Shown here piece by piece: positions 28,906-39,095 of a stretch of 64,000 nucleotides of DNA (its first letter is position 1; each line of letters starts with the position of its first letter). The DNA comes from an uncultured Pelagibacteraceae bacterium. Its GTDB lineage: Bacteria > Pseudomonadota > Alphaproteobacteria > Pelagibacterales > Pelagibacteraceae. The stretch spans positions 512 through 64,511 of the forward strand of contig CACFLJ010000007.1 of the NCBI GenBank assembly GCA_902567045.1, given 5' to 3'. The notes under the pieces are model-generated. The model was not told the origin of the DNA. It ran no database searches and was given only the letters and a program-made list of their open reading frames with translations. A program made the position numbers and the translations under genes.

Positions 28906-29760
28906 CTATCTATTTATTCCTCTTAATCTTTCAGATCTTCTTCTTAAAAGCTCAGCTGTAACTAAAATTAATATTGATAAAACAATTAAACATGTTGCTA
29001 CAGCTAAAATTGTGGGACTAAGTTGTTCTCTAAGACCAGTCCACATTTGAACTGGTATTGTAGTATTATCTAAGCCAGCTAAGAATAATACAACCACTAC
29101 TTCATCGAAAGATGTAACAAATGCAAATAAACCGCCAGAAATAACACCAGGTAGTATTAGTGGTAAGGTAATTTTCATAAATGTATTAAAAGGATTGCTA
29201 CCTAAACTAGATGCAGCTCGAGTTATGCTATGGTCAAAACCTGAAAGTGTTGCAGTGACTGTGATTACGACAAATGGAGTTCCCAGTATGATATGTGCTA
29301 AAATTATACCTAAGTGTGTGGCAGCCAATCCTACTTTCGCCATGAAAAAGAAAATTGCGACACCTGAAATAATTAAAGGAACGATCATTGGAGATATTAA
29401 AGTTGCCATTATCAAACCTTTGTAAGGCATATGTCTGCTACTCAAACCTAAAGCAGCTAATGTTCCAAGTATAATTGAACCAATGGTTGCAAATATTGCA
29501 ATTATAAAACTATTTTTTGCAGCTAAGCCCCAAGGGTTTTTAGTTCCATAGACCATATCTTTGTACCATCTGGTAGAAAAAGCATCCGGGTCTAGTCTCT
29601 TCATTCCATCTGTAAATACTAAAAATTCCTCAGCGTTAAAAGATAATGGAAAAATTACAAATAAAGGAGCGATTAAAAAGAAAAATACACATCCACAAAT
29701 AAAAAGATAAAAATAATGCCATATTCTATAATGAGGTTCTGTATATTTTGGTAAAGCCAT
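28906..29760 (-). CDS. potC: PotC-like ABC permease
   Basis: RAASSLG EAA loop, FVTSFDEVVV. Confidence 0.85.
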   Translation of the reverse strand: MALPKYTEPHYRIWHYFYLFICGCVFFFLIAPLFVIFPLSFNAEEFLVFTDGMKRLDPDAFSTRWYKDMVYGTKNPWGLAAKNSFIIAIFATIGSIILGTLAALGLSSRHMPYKGLIMATLISPMIVPLIISGVAIFFFMAKVGLAATHLGIILAHIILGTPFVVITVTATLSGFDHSITRAASSLGSNPFNTFMKITLPLILPGVISGGLFAFVTSFDEVVVVLFLAGLDNTTIPVQMWTGLREQLSPTILAVATCLIVLSILILVTAELLRRRSERLRGINR

Positions 29761-29762
29761 AT

Positions 29763-31013
29763 TTAACCTAATTTGATATTATCAACTCCAACAAGTTTGT
29801 TATAAATCCAATAAATAACTAACACTCCTGTCAATAACATTAGTCCCATTGCAGAAGCAAAACTCCAATCTAAAGTACTTTTCATATGATAAGCTATCTG
29901 ATTACTTATAAGTGTTCCAGATGCTCCTCCTACTAGAGCTGGGGTTATGTAATAACCAATTGCAAGTATAAAAACTAATAAGCAGCCTGCTCCAATTCCT
30001 GGTATTGTAAGTGGAAAATAAATTTTAAAAAAAGCTACACCAGGAGTTGCGCCTAAAGATTTTCCAGCTCTCATCAAACTTGGAGAGATTGTTTTCATAA
30101 CACTATACAAAGGTAATACCATAAATGGTAAAAGTATTTGTGTCATAGCAACATAAGTCCCTGTTTTATTGTACATCATCTCTGGCCTGTTATCGTCTGT
30201 AACAAGACCGATCCATACAAAAAAGTCGTTTACCAGTCCTTGTTGTTGTAACAAAATCATCCAACTGGCAGTTCTCACAAGTAGTGAAGTCCAAAATGGA
30301 AGCAGTACACAAATCATGAGTAAGTTACTATACTTCATTGGAAGAGTTGCTAATAAATGTGCAATTGGATAAGCCATTAAAAAACAAAAAAGAGTTACAA
30401 AAAAAGCTACCTCTAATGTTCTAGACCATAAAATTCTATGAATTCTTCTGTCTTCAGCTACTTGTACAATTTTTCCATCTTCATTTGAGTACATGTCAAC
30501 ACCCTTCAAATATTTAGAATAGGTGTAAGCTGGAGCTCTTCTTTTGATTGCTCTCCAATAATCAACATTTCTCCACCTTTTATGAACTTTCATAATTTGC
30601 TCTTTATAGTTTCCTTCCTCAAATTTCTTTTGCTTTCTAGCTAATTTTTTAAGGACACTCTTAAAGCCATTTTTCTCATAATTTAGTTGGGTTTGTAGCT
30701 TTCCTGCTGTCTTATTCTCAACTAAAATTTTGTAATCTAAATAAAAAGCTTTAAACACTTCTTCGGGTGGAAGCTCTTTACCATCCCATTGCTCCATTGC
30801 TTTGTATGTTTTGGGAAGCATGTTTGTGACCATTTTGTCGTCTATACTTCTAGAGAACATGTCTGCGATAGGAATTATGTAAGTAATAATTAGAAATAAG
30901 AGTAATGGCGTTACTAACAGAAAGGCTTTTATTTTATTTTTTTTTTCTGCTTGCTTGAGGCTTTCCTCTAAGGGAATTCCATCTGTTGATAATATTTTTT
31001 GTTCTGAGCTCAT
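29763..31013 (-). CDS. potB: PotB-like ABC permease with large periplasmic insertion
   Basis: LPFWTSLLVRT, LPFMVLPLYS, RAGKSLGA, GYYITPALVGG. Confidence 0.85.
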   Translation of the reverse strand: MSSEQKILSTDGIPLEESLKQAEKKNKIKAFLLVTPLLLFLIITYIIPIADMFSRSIDDKMVTNMLPKTYKAMEQWDGKELPPEEVFKAFYLDYKILVENKTAGKLQTQLNYEKNGFKSVLKKLARKQKKFEEGNYKEQIMKVHKRWRNVDYWRAIKRRAPAYTYSKYLKGVDMYSNEDGKIVQVAEDRRIHRILWSRTLEVAFFVTLFCFLMAYPIAHLLATLPMKYSNLLMICVLLPFWTSLLVRTASWMILLQQQGLVNDFFVWIGLVTDDNRPEMMYNKTGTYVAMTQILLPFMVLPLYSVMKTISPSLMRAGKSLGATPGVAFFKIYFPLTIPGIGAGCLLVFILAIGYYITPALVGGASGTLISNQIAYHMKSTLDWSFASAMGLMLLTGVLVIYWIYNKLVGVDNIKLG

Positions 31014-31042
31014 AAAAAAAGGGCGGTTGTAGTAACCGCCCT
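31014..31042 (-). terminator. Intrinsic terminator-like hairpin between potD and potB
   Basis: GGGCGGTT-GTAGT-AACCGCCC stem followed on the minus strand by T7 that abuts the potB ATG. Confidence 0.85.
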
Positions 31043-31078
31043 AAATATAATATAAAATTAAAGTGTTTAAAACTCTAA

Positions 31079-32197
31079 TTATTTAATACTAGCTTTCATA
31101 GCTTCCCACTGTTCACCAAGTTCTGTACCATTATCAGCCCAGTACTCAGCGTTCACTAAGAAGTATTTTTTAAGGTTAGCTGGTGCAGTTGGCATATGTG
31201 GAACCATGTTAGTTTTTCCATCTTTATACCAAGGCTCTCCTGCTTCCATAACTGCAATTGATGATTTTCTCCATGGAGCATATGCAATATATTTTGCACT
31301 TCCTGCTAACATTTCAGTATTTGTCATCATTGCTAAAGCTTTTTTAGCATCCGCTTCGTTTGGTCCACCTTTAACTAATGCAAAATATTCATAGTCAAGA
31401 CCTTGTCCGTCCCAAACTTGAACTATTGGAGCACCTTCTCCTATTGCTGCATTGAAAAATCTACCATTCCAACCAGTTGCCATTACAACTTCACCACTCA
31501 TTAATAATTCTGGTGGTTGAGCACCTGCTGACCAAAATACACATCCACCTTTTGGATCTTCGCAAAGTGCTTTAATTTTGTTCATAGCTCTAGTTACATA
31601 AGCTGGATCTTCTAATTTTTTATATATAAATTCTCCACCTTTACCCATTTTTACACCATCAGCTGCTAAAGCAATTTCTAGGTTTGTAAGAGCACTTTTG
31701 TAAATAGCTCTTTTTCCTGGAAATCTTTGTGTATTAAAGAAATCTTTAATAGTTTTTGGTGTGCTTTTTAGCAAGTCGCTGTTGTAAGCATAGTTCCAAG
31801 AATATAAGATGTTTCCTACTGCGCATTTACTAGGCATATCTGTGAAGAAGTCTTCACTTGCTGGTGTACCATCTGGAGCTGGTGGAAAGTCTTTGTCAAA
31901 ATCAAATTCAACAAAAATACCTTCATCACAACCATTGATAGTATCGTAAGCAAATACATCTATAATATCCCATGTAATCGCTCCTGCTTCTTTTTGAGCT
32001 TTGATCTCTGATAATCCACCAGAATAATCAACCCACTCTATTGGTATACCCAATGCTTTTGCAGTTGGATCACCATATCCTAGCTTTTGACTTTCTGTGT
32101 AAGCTCCACCCCATGATGCAACAACTACTGCAAATGCTGATGAAGATACTGAGATAGCAAAAGTTACGGCAAGTAATAATTTACTTAATTTTTTCAT
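31079..32197 (-). CDS. potD: PotD-like ABC solute-binding protein
   Basis: Signal peptide; ASWGGAY, WNGR; strong SD GGAGG upstream. Confidence 0.85.
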   Translation of the reverse strand: MKKLSKLLLAVTFAISVSSSAFAVVVASWGGAYTESQKLGYGDPTAKALGIPIEWVDYSGGLSEIKAQKEAGAITWDIIDVFAYDTINGCDEGIFVEFDFDKDFPPAPDGTPASEDFFTDMPSKCAVGNILYSWNYAYNSDLLKSTPKTIKDFFNTQRFPGKRAIYKSALTNLEIALAADGVKMGKGGEFIYKKLEDPAYVTRAMNKIKALCEDPKGGCVFWSAGAQPPELLMSGEVVMATGWNGRFFNAAIGEGAPIVQVWDGQGLDYEYFALVKGGPNEADAKKALAMMTNTEMLAGSAKYIAYAPWRKSSIAVMEAGEPWYKDGKTNMVPHMPTAPANLKKYFLVNAEYWADNGTELGEQWEAMKASIK

Positions 32198-32234
32198 TTA
32201 TCCTCCGTTTAAACGTTTTTTTTATAAAAAACGA

Positions 32235-32263
32235 AGTACAGCAACATAGGAAAAGAGAGTCAA
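32235..32263 (-). promoter_or_regulatory. Possible internal sigma70 promoter for potD
   Basis: TTGACT-17 nt-TGTACT on the minus strand in the potA-potD spacer; the -10 is a weak match. Confidence 0.35.
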
Positions 32264-32296
32264 CAGGGGATTTTAACAATTTTGTAATAATTTAGC

Positions 32297-33382
32297 TTAT
32301 TTTGGGTCTAATGCTCTTGCATCATGACTATTCCAGCCAATATTAATCTCGTTACCTAATTTAATATCTAAATTTTGAGAACTATTTGGAACTTTTAAAA
32401 TAAATTCAGAGTTACCAAGTAAATTCAATCTTACTCTTGTGTGGTCACCATGATATATAACCTCTTCTATTATACCTTTTTGATTGTTATCCATTTTATC
32501 TTTAGGGTTGATCAGTGCTCTTTCAGGCCTAATTGAAACTGTAGTTTTTTCTCCAACAGATCTAACTGAAATTGGATTTGCAATTATTTCACCTTTATCT
32601 AGTTTAACTTTACAGGATCCATTTGATATATCTGAAATTTCTCCAGCAAAAGTATTATTCTCTCCAATAAACTCTGCAACGAAAGAATTTACAGGTTCTT
32701 CGTATAACTTATCTGGACTCGAGAGTTGTTGAACTTTACCATCGTTAAATACTGCTATTCTGTTTGACATAGTTAATGCTTCACCTTGGTCGTGTGTAAC
32801 ATAGACAACGGTTACACCAATGCTTTCATGAATATGTTTAATTTCGTACTGCATACTTTCTCTTAAATTTTTATCTAAAGCACCCAAAGGTTCGTCCATT
32901 AAAACTACTGATGGATCAAATACCAATGCTCTTGCTACGGCTACTCTCTGTTGTTGACCTCCTGAAAGTTGTCCTGGCATACGGTTTCCAAATCCTGACA
33001 ATGAAACCATAGATAATGCCTTTTCAACTTTTTTATCTATATCATCTTTTGAAATTTTTCTTACTCTTAAAGGGAAAGCCAAATTTTCAAAAACTGTCAT
33101 ATGAGGAAACAAAGCATAATTTTGAAAAACCATTCCAATACCTCTTTTGTGTGGAGGAATATTTGAAATTGGATTTTTATCTAAATAAATTTCTCCATTA
33201 GTTGGGGTTTCAAAACCAGCAAGCATCATCAAGCATGTGGTTTTTCCAGAACCAGAGGGTCCAAGCATTGTTACGAATTCACCTTCTTCGATGTCTAAAT
33301 TCAAATCTTTAACTACTAATACTTTTCCATCGTAACTTTTGTCGACTTTATCAAATTTTACGAAATCTTCTTTTTTTGACAT
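32297..33382 (-). CDS. potA: PotA-like ABC ATPase
   Basis: GPSGSGKT, VFQNYALFPH, LSGGQQQR, MDEP, TOBE-like C-terminus. Confidence 0.9.
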   Translation of the reverse strand: MSKKEDFVKFDKVDKSYDGKVLVVKDLNLDIEEGEFVTMLGPSGSGKTTCLMMLAGFETPTNGEIYLDKNPISNIPPHKRGIGMVFQNYALFPHMTVFENLAFPLRVRKISKDDIDKKVEKALSMVSLSGFGNRMPGQLSGGQQQRVAVARALVFDPSVVLMDEPLGALDKNLRESMQYEIKHIHESIGVTVVYVTHDQGEALTMSNRIAVFNDGKVQQLSSPDKLYEEPVNSFVAEFIGENNTFAGEISDISNGSCKVKLDKGEIIANPISVRSVGEKTTVSIRPERALINPKDKMDNNQKGIIEEVIYHGDHTRVRLNLLGNSEFILKVPNSSQNLDIKLGNEINIGWNSHDARALDPK

Positions 33383-33427
33383 AGGTTAGTTTTTAAAACA
33401 TTTAGTTAGGTTGTTTGCAACAATTAA

Positions 33428-34597
33428 TTAACTCTTAATGTGTAACTCTTTTGGAAAATTGCAGAATAATTCACATCCTTTGTCAGTAACTCTTATAGCC
33501 TCCGATGCTTCAACTCCCCAATCACCAAATTGCATTACAGCTATCATATGAAAACACGAATTAGGTACTAGTTCAGTCATTTCTCCTTTATATATATTAA
33601 GAGTATGCTCACCCCAATCTGGCGGGTAACCTATTCCAATTGAATAACCAGTTCTTGATTTTTTTTCTATTCCATATTTATCTAAAATACCCCAAAAAGC
33701 TTGCGCTACATCATTTGCTGTATTCCCAGGTTTTGTAGCATCAATTCCAGCTTGAAGAGCTTCGATAGTTTTGTTCATCGTGTCTATTTTTAATTGATCA
33801 GGTTTTCCAAGTAAGACTGTTCTTGCCATTGGCGCATGATATCTTTTATAAACTCCAGATAACTCAACGATTGTCGCTTCGCCTTCAACAAACTTATCTT
33901 GGGTTGCTGTTAAATGAGATGCAGATGTTCCTTTTCCAGTTGGTAAGAGTGTTGCGATACTAGAATACTCTCCTCCAAACTCAGGTGTCCCGTAAAATAA
34001 AGTTTTTTGTATGTCACCTACTGCATCGCATTGTCTGACACCCGGTTTTATTACCTCCATTGCAGTCTTCATTCCTTTTTCTGAAATTAGTGCAGCAGTT
34101 TTCATGTAATTAATTTCTGCATCAGATTTTGCAAATCTTGCCCAATTTACTAATCTTTCTGAATCTTTTATTTTTGCATTTGGTAAACCTTGTTTTATCT
34201 TTTCATAACAAAAAGCAGTGAAATAATGAGCGTCCATCTCAACTCCAATTGAAAGCTTATCCCAATTTCTGTCTTTAATAATCTGTACTAAATAATCGTA
34301 AGGATGTTTTGGCCATGTATGAATATAATTTTCATCATACACAATTATATTTTCATCTTTGAGATACGTTTTTATGTAAGCACCTCCTGAGTCCTGAGCT
34401 CTTACAAAACATAAAGGTTCATCAGCATTAACATGTACAATAGCACACTGTGCATAATAAAAAGACCAGGCGTCATAACCAGTTAAATAATTCATGTTAT
34501 TAGTATCGTGAGAAATCAATAGTTCGATACCTTTATCCTGCATCATCGACTGAACTTTTTTTAATCTTTGTTTATATTCGTCTTTATTAAATGACAT
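33428..34597 (-). CDS. doeA: M24 pita-bread hydrolase, ectoine hydrolase DoeA/EutD-like
   Basis: YLTGYDAWSFY, EMDAHYFTA, GYSIGIGYPPDWGEHT typical of DoeA; adjacent to an EutA-like gene. Confidence 0.7.
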   Translation of the reverse strand: MSFNKDEYKQRLKKVQSMMQDKGIELLISHDTNNMNYLTGYDAWSFYYAQCAIVHVNADEPLCFVRAQDSGGAYIKTYLKDENIIVYDENYIHTWPKHPYDYLVQIIKDRNWDKLSIGVEMDAHYFTAFCYEKIKQGLPNAKIKDSERLVNWARFAKSDAEINYMKTAALISEKGMKTAMEVIKPGVRQCDAVGDIQKTLFYGTPEFGGEYSSIATLLPTGKGTSASHLTATQDKFVEGEATIVELSGVYKRYHAPMARTVLLGKPDQLKIDTMNKTIEALQAGIDATKPGNTANDVAQAFWGILDKYGIEKKSRTGYSIGIGYPPDWGEHTLNIYKGEMTELVPNSCFHMIAVMQFGDWGVEASEAIRVTDKGCELFCNFPKELHIKS

Positions 34598-34603
34598 AAA
34601 TTT

Positions 34604-35344
34604 CTATCTGAATAATTTACCAAAACCTTCTACAAGGTTATTTTTATTTATTTGGACAAGAGTATCCCAAATTAATGCCTGATTACTTGATAAAACAATG
34701 GTGTTAAGTTTTTTCTCAAGTTTATCAATTATTGGTAATACTGGCAGGGCTGTACAAGATACAAATAATGCATCCGCTCCATTTAAATCTATTTTAGACA
34801 AGACATCATACAAATAATTTTGGTCAACTTTTCCAATGTCATAATCTGCTTCTATATCAAAGTATGAATTAGATGTTATTTCGAAACCTTCAGACCTAAA
34901 ATATTCCATAACCTCCTCATTAAGTTTTTTGCTGTAAGGGGTAAATAGTGAAAGCTTTTTAATATTTAACTTTTTTAATGCTTTTATAGCTGCAGTACTT
35001 GGTGTTGTAACTTCAGCCATTGGTTTAGCTGCTTTTACCTTTTGCTTAATAGAGTTATAACCTGCTGCAATAGTTCCAGAGGTACATCCGTAGACAACGC
35101 AATCAATATCTTGATCTGGTAAAATATCTTTTGTTACACTGGTTACTTTATCTGACATTTTGATCAGATTTTCCTTAGTTAAAGGATTATAACATTCTAT
35201 TCTATTAACAAAAAAATCAATTTCTCTATCTTTAATTACATTTATAAAATCTCTTTCAATCATAAAATCACTTGCAAGAGCAATAAGGCCAACTCGTGGA
35301 TTTGATTTACTTATATATTTTGGTTCTATTTTTGTTGAATTCAT
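34604..35344 (-). CDS. Asp/Glu racemase / maleate isomerase family, EutA-like
   Basis: YGCTSGT and VSCTAL two-Cys motifs, TPY, SSNQA. Confidence 0.8.
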   Translation of the reverse strand: MNSTKIEPKYISKSNPRVGLIALASDFMIERDFINVIKDREIDFFVNRIECYNPLTKENLIKMSDKVTSVTKDILPDQDIDCVVYGCTSGTIAAGYNSIKQKVKAAKPMAEVTTPSTAAIKALKKLNIKKLSLFTPYSKKLNEEVMEYFRSEGFEITSNSYFDIEADYDIGKVDQNYLYDVLSKIDLNGADALFVSCTALPVLPIIDKLEKKLNTIVLSSNQALIWDTLVQINKNNLVEGFGKLFR

Positions 35345-35404
35345 ATTTTAAAAGAGTGAATATATCATAAGTTCTTGAATAATCATTAATATTAAATGAA
35401 TTGA

Positions 35405-36268
35405 ATGAATTTTAAAGATACTCTAGTTGCATCACTTGTTCCTATCTTTTTAGGTCTTGGTTTTGTAATTGCCAAACCTGCTTTTGAATCTTTTCCTCCA
35501 ATACTTCTAATGGGATTAAGATTTATTTTTGCTGCTTCTATTTTAATTTGGTGGTTTCCTATTCCAAAAGGTTTCTTAAAAAAAATCTTTATCGCTTCGT
35601 TTATAGCGAACACCTTGCAATACAGTATTACCTATACTGGTTTAAATTTTATAGATGCATCAGCAGCAGTATTATTAGTACAAACAGAAGTTCCATTTGG
35701 AGTAATATTTGCTTTTTTCATGTTGAAAGAGAAACCAACTTTAAGAGCTTTAATCGGTATAGGAATCGCGTTTATAGGAGTTTATATTTTAACTGGTTCA
35801 CCTAATTTAGATGGAAAAATATTTGGTATCGCTCTTACAATTTTAGGTTCAGCAATATGGGCGCTTGGCCAAGTAATTGTTAAACCTTTGAGTAAAGAAA
35901 TTAATCCTTTGGCTTTAGTTGCGTGGCTTGCATTATTTTCTGGACCCACTTTAATTTTAATTTCTGCAGTAATTGAAGGTGATACCATATCATATTTATC
36001 AACTGCTAAATTTAATCATTGGTTAATAGCATTTTACATTGGGTTTATTATGCAACCTATAACTTATGGCTGCTTTTATTATGTTCTTAAAAATAATCCA
36101 TTATATAAAGTGTTACCCATAGTGACTATGGGTATACCACCGACTGGCTTGCTTGCAGCAATTTTTTTATTAGGTGAGAAACCAACAAGTGAATTATTTA
36201 TTGGAGGACTAGTAATAATATTTGGTGTCATAATGATATTATATAAAAAGAAAGAGGAGGTAAATTAA
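35405..36268 (+). CDS. EamA/DMT family transporter
   Basis: About 10 TM, PPILLMGLRF, LKEKP / LGEKP repeats. Confidence 0.88.
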   Translation: MNFKDTLVASLVPIFLGLGFVIAKPAFESFPPILLMGLRFIFAASILIWWFPIPKGFLKKIFIASFIANTLQYSITYTGLNFIDASAAVLLVQTEVPFGVIFAFFMLKEKPTLRALIGIGIAFIGVYILTGSPNLDGKIFGIALTILGSAIWALGQVIVKPLSKEINPLALVAWLALFSGPTLILISAVIEGDTISYLSTAKFNHWLIAFYIGFIMQPITYGCFYYVLKNNPLYKVLPIVTMGIPPTGLLAAIFLLGEKPTSELFIGGLVIIFGVIMILYKKKEEVN

Positions 36269-37209
36269 TGAATATAGGATTTATTGGCTTGGGAAATGTT
36301 GGAGGAAAACTAGCTGGGAGTTTGTTGAGGAATAAATTTGATTTAACAGTTAGAGATTTAGATAAAAATTTAACAAAACAATTTGAAGGCTTGGGGGCTA
36401 AGGTTGCAAACTCTGCTAAAGAGCTGGCTGAGGAAGTTGATTTAATAATAACTTGTCTTCCTTCTCCTGAAATTTGTGCAGAAGTGATGGAGGGGGACAA
36501 CGGAATTCTAGAGGGTATTTCTGAAAACAAAATATGGTTGGAAATGAGTACTACTGACGAGGCAGAGGTAAAAAGGATTGGCAAAAAAGTAATTGAAAAA
36601 AAGGCAATACCTCTAGATGGTCCAGTAAGTGGTGGATGCCATAGAGCAGCGTCAGGAAATATAGCAATATTTGTTGGTGGAGAAAGAGATGCATTTGAAA
36701 AGATATTGCCTGCTTTAACTGTAATGGGGCGTAAAATATTACATACAGGAGAATTAGGTACTGCTTCTGTTCTCAAAGTAATTACAAATTATTTAGCATC
36801 TACACATTTGGTTGCCCTTGGGGAGGCATGGACAGTAGCCAAAAAATCAAACCTAGATCTTGCAAAAACATATAAAGGAATTGCTGTGTCATCAGGAAAT
36901 TCATTTGTTCATGAAACTGAAAGCCAAGTTATTTTAAATGGCTCTTATAATATAAATTTTACGATGGACCTCGTTTTAAAAGATACAGGTCTATTTGATG
37001 AACTAGCAAAAAAATTAAATACACCTTTAGAAATTTCTCCAAAAATTGTTGAAATATTCAAGGATGGTCAAAAAAAATATGGATCAAGAGCTTGGTCCTC
37101 GATGATAGTAAAAAGAATGGAAGATTTAAATAAAATTGATTTTAGAGCTGAAGGGTTTCCCGAGGAGTTAACTGATATTGAGCCTGAAGAAAAAGGTTAT
37201 GAAATTTAA
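36268..37209 (+). CDS. beta-hydroxyacid dehydrogenase family oxidoreductase (3-hydroxyisobutyrate DH-like)
   Basis: GFIGLGNVG, DGPVSGG, LKVITNY catalytic Lys, KD. Confidence 0.88.
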   Translation: MNIGFIGLGNVGGKLAGSLLRNKFDLTVRDLDKNLTKQFEGLGAKVANSAKELAEEVDLIITCLPSPEICAEVMEGDNGILEGISENKIWLEMSTTDEAEVKRIGKKVIEKKAIPLDGPVSGGCHRAASGNIAIFVGGERDAFEKILPALTVMGRKILHTGELGTASVLKVITNYLASTHLVALGEAWTVAKKSNLDLAKTYKGIAVSSGNSFVHETESQVILNGSYNINFTMDLVLKDTGLFDELAKKLNTPLEISPKIVEIFKDGQKKYGSRAWSSMIVKRMEDLNKIDFRAEGFPEELTDIEPEEKGYEI

Positions 37210-37230
37210 ATTTTATGCTACAATAAATTT

Positions 37231-38661
37231 ATGATTGAAAAGAAAAATTTTTATATAAATGGAAAGTGGGTTTCTCCCACTAAGCCAAATGACTTTGAAG
37301 TAATTAATCCCTCAACTGAGGAAGCTTTTGCAATAATATCTTTAGGCTCTGCTGAAGATGCAGATAAAGCAATTAATGCTGCCAAAATTGCATTTGAGAC
37401 CTGGAGAGAAACTACAAAAGAAGAAAGATTAGCTTTACTTGAAAAGTTTGATGAAATTTATAAAAGAAGATGGGACGAAATGGTAGAGGCACAGTCTAAA
37501 GAAATGGGTGCACCTCTAGATTTTGCATCAGAAACTCATACTAAAATGGGTGCTGATATTTGTAGAAATAACATTGAGATTTTAAAAGATTTTAATTTTG
37601 AACATCAATTTGATCCTAGATCTAATAATCATATAAGATATGAACCAATTGGAGTTTGTGGATTAATTACGCCATGGAATTATCCAATGAACCAAATCAT
37701 TTTAAAAGTTATTCCTGCTTTAGCTGCTGGATGTACAATGATATTAAAACCTTCTGAAATTGCTCCAGTGTCAGCAGTATTGTTTGCTGAGATGATTGAC
37801 GAAGCTGGCTTTCCTGCTGGAGTTTTTAATTTAGTGAATGGAAATGGAGAAGTTGTTGGAAATCACATGTCTGGTCATCCAGACATTGATATGATCTCAT
37901 TCACAGGATCAACAAGAGCTGGAAAACTAATTCAAAAAAATGCAGCTGATACTATAAAAAAAGTAACTCTTGAATTGGGTGGTAAAGGTGGGAATATTGT
38001 TTTCGCAGATTCATATCCTGATGCTGTTAGAGATGGTGTGAGGAATATAATGAGTAACTCAGGGCAATCATGTGATGCTCCAACAAGGATGTTGGTTGAA
38101 AAACCAATCTATGAAAGAGCAGTTAAAGAGGCTGCTGATGAGGCAAACAAAATTAAAGTTGATCTTGCATCTAAAAAAGGTGATCACATTGGACCTGTAG
38201 TTTCAAAAGTACAATACGATAAAGTTATTAATCTTATTAATGAAGGAATTAAAGAAGGTGCAACGTTAGCTGCTGGTGGACCAGATTTACCAAATGGACT
38301 TAACAAAGGTTATTTTGTTAAACCAACAATTTTTTCAGATGTAAATAATGATATGAAAATTGCAAGAACCGAAATTTTTGGACCTGTACTTTCAATTATA
38401 CCATTTGAAACTGAGGAAGAGGCAATAGCAATTACAAATGATACATCTTATGGACTTGGTAATTATCTACAAACTGAAGATAAAGAAAAAGCAAAAAGGG
38501 TTGCTAGAAAAGTAAAAGCTGGAACAGTTTATATCAATGGTCAAGCCACAGATACTGGAATGCCGTTTGGTGGTTATAAACAATCTGGTAATGGTCGTGA
38601 AGGTGGTGTCTGGGGTTTTACTGAATTTTTAGAAGTTAAAGCAATTACCGGTTGGAATTAA
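37231..38661 (+). CDS. Aldehyde dehydrogenase (paralog 2)
   Basis: ITPWNYP, FTGST, LELGGKG, GQSCDAP, EIFGPV. Confidence 0.95.
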   Translation: MIEKKNFYINGKWVSPTKPNDFEVINPSTEEAFAIISLGSAEDADKAINAAKIAFETWRETTKEERLALLEKFDEIYKRRWDEMVEAQSKEMGAPLDFASETHTKMGADICRNNIEILKDFNFEHQFDPRSNNHIRYEPIGVCGLITPWNYPMNQIILKVIPALAAGCTMILKPSEIAPVSAVLFAEMIDEAGFPAGVFNLVNGNGEVVGNHMSGHPDIDMISFTGSTRAGKLIQKNAADTIKKVTLELGGKGGNIVFADSYPDAVRDGVRNIMSNSGQSCDAPTRMLVEKPIYERAVKEAADEANKIKVDLASKKGDHIGPVVSKVQYDKVINLINEGIKEGATLAAGGPDLPNGLNKGYFVKPTIFSDVNNDMKIARTEIFGPVLSIIPFETEEEAIAITNDTSYGLGNYLQTEDKEKAKRVARKVKAGTVYINGQATDTGMPFGGYKQSGNGREGGVWGFTEFLEVKAITGWN

Positions 38662-38703
38662 TAGTTTAAATAACTTATAATCAGAATTAGTTAAAAGGTT
38701 TAT

Positions 38704-39090
38704 ATGATTGGTTATGTGATGGTAGGCACTAATAATTTAAATGATGCTATTAATTTTTATGATAAGGTTTTAGAAGTAATTGGTTTAGATAGAAACGAGA
38801 CAATAGAAGATGATTATGCTGCATATGGAGCAAAAGGGACCAAAGATATTGAGTTTTACGTCACCAAACCTTTCAATAAAAAAGATGCTACCTTTGGAAA
38901 TGGAACGCAGATCACATTTTTAACTTCATCAAGATCTAACGTAGATAAATTTCATGAAATAGGTTTAAAAGCAGGTGGAACTAGTGAGGGATCTGGTGGT
39001 GAAAGACCAGAAGGCTCTGGAGTTTATTATTCTTATCTTCGTGATTTAGATGGAAATAAAATTTGCGCCTTTACAAATAATAAAGAATAA
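38704..39090 (+). CDS. VOC/glyoxalase family protein
   Basis: FYDKVL, ATFGNG, GG..EG..G.R, YLRDLDGNKIC. Confidence 0.88.
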   Translation: MIGYVMVGTNNLNDAINFYDKVLEVIGLDRNETIEDDYAAYGAKGTKDIEFYVTKPFNKKDATFGNGTQITFLTSSRSNVDKFHEIGLKAGGTSEGSGGERPEGSGVYYSYLRDLDGNKICAFTNNKE

Positions 39091-39095
39091 AGTTT

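Noticed and set aside
10310-38661. Invertible segment bounded by the inverted ALDH genes
   Set aside because: The nucleotide sequences differ at many synonymous sites and no recombinase is present.
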